DNA of 64,000 nt from Hypanus sabinus (Eukaryota): assembly GCF_030144855.1 (NCBI RefSeq), contig NC_082724.1:16430001-16494000 (forward strand). The letters run 5' to 3'. Each line of letters opens with the position of its first letter. The stretch's first letter is position 1. Below the pieces are notes generated by a model. It saw only the letters and a list, made by a program, of their open reading frames with translations, was not told the origin of the DNA and made no database searches. Positions 62,550 through 64,000 of the stretch are shown here, piece by piece. The translations under genes were made by a program, and so were the position numbers.

Positions 62550-63127
62550 TAAACGCAAGAGGTTCTGCACATGCTGGAAATCCACTATAACAAATACAAA
62601 AACCTGGAGGAACAAAGCAAGTCAGGAAGCATGCATACAGAGGAATAAAAAGTAAATATTTCGGGCCTAGACCCTTTATCAGGACTGGAAAGGAAAGGGG
62701 AAGAAGCTAGAATGGAAGGTAAATGAGTACAAACTAGAAGGTGAAGCTGGGTGAGAGGGAAATTGGGTGGGAGAGGGGGGCTGAAGTGAGAAGCTAGGAG
62801 GTGATAGGTGGAATAGGTGAAGGACTGAAGGAGGAATCTTATAGGAGAGGAGAGTGGACAATGAGAGAAAGGGAAGGATGAGGGGCATGAGCCAGAATGG
62901 AAAAGCAGTGAAGGAGAGTGGGGAAGAAACCCTGCATCGAGCTTCCCCCTTTCCGAGCTTCACCTGTCACCTTCCAGCTTGTACTCCCTCCCCTCCTCTC
63001 CACCACCTTACTCTGGCTTTTTCCCCCTTCCCCTCCAGTCCCAATGAGGGATCTTGGCCCGAAACATCGACTCTCTGTTCCTCTCCATAGATGCCTCCGA
63101 CCTGCCGACCAACATTTTGTGTGTGTT
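62550..63127. mobile_element. Inverted pair of Penelope-like pLTRs, each with a degenerate hammerhead
   Basis: Minus copy about 62550-62930 (motif 62651-62688) and plus copy about 62940-63127 (motif 63035-63072). Confidence 0.7.
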
Positions 63128-64000
63128 AATTTGTACTTAAAAAAATCATTGGGACTGGTGAGGCAGTGCCACAGAACAGCTGTAGTAGTTTTGTGGAACA
63201 CAATTCCATGGTAAAGAACAAGCATCTTTCCAACGACTGACACTCCACCTGTGCCATTGCCGTTGACTGTCAACCAGACTGCAAAACTATTTTCCCTCAC
63301 ACTCAACTAAAGCAATTTGAACCCAAGGCTTATTGCAGTTCTCCTCCACTGAGAGCCAGCAATGCTACACAGCAAATGGGGAGCACCCACAGTCTAGAAC
63401 TGAAACTGATGGAATAATCAAAGGCAATGACTTGACTACTACGTCCAGTGTGCACGGTATTATTGTACTTGTGAACCTCATGCAAAGCACTTATATCATG
63501 GTGACTTCTGCGCTGCAGCAAGGCAGATGCCATGCCAACCTGTGCTGAAAGGAAGGGAAGGTGTCAGTCAAAATGGAACTGGGGTTGCCATTATTCAGCA
63601 AGTCTATGTAATCAAGTTCAAGTTCAGTTTACTGTCATGTATACCACCAAATGAAACAATATCCCTCCTGACCAAGGTGCATAACACAGTACATATAACT
63701 CACATACATAACTCATAAAGTAATATTACCACAAACAAAAATGTACATTTACTACACAAGTTTAAAAAGTAAACTGTATAATGCTGCTGAAGGCTTCATA
63801 TGTGATGAGACCTGGATGGCGTCAGGGAGTTCAGTAGTCTTAAGGCGTAGCAGAAGAAGCTACTTCCTATCCTAACAGTTCTTGTCCTAATGCTACAGGT
63901 ACCTTCTACCTAGTGGTGGGGGGGGGGGGGGCGGGGGGATCAAAGAGATTATTGAGCAGATGGGAGGGATCATTGACAATGCTAAAGGCCCTGCAAATGT

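Overview
Vertebrate nuclear DNA with no sign of prokaryotic content. The repeat set (V-SINE/HE1-like SINEs, CR1, Rex1/Babar, Penelope-like elements, Dong/R4, L1, Tc1, hAT) suggests a cartilaginous fish, probably a ray; this is an inference. Most of the window is decayed mobile DNA. A CpG island at about 11.27-11.83 kb ends in a plausible splice donor (AAG|GTTAGT), so the remaining ~52 kb may be the first intron of an unidentified gene. The only recognisable host-gene sequence is a full-length processed DEGS1 (sphingolipid delta-4 desaturase) retrocopy at 19967-21974, with a poly(A) tail and a 15-bp TSD. It sits inside the transposase of an IR/DR Tc1 element that retains both TIRs, and that Tc1 sits inside a Dong/R4 retrotransposon, giving three-level nesting and a possible Pack-Tc1. 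Other notable items are about 10 Penelope-associated minimal hammerhead ribozyme motifs (some in inverted pairs), a twin-primed 5'-inverted L1, a hAT element with a 6-bp TSD inserted at a hammerhead stem, and two LINEs patched with copies of nearby flanking DNA. Family names come from motif recognition by eye; no database searches were run, and many repeat boundaries are approximate.
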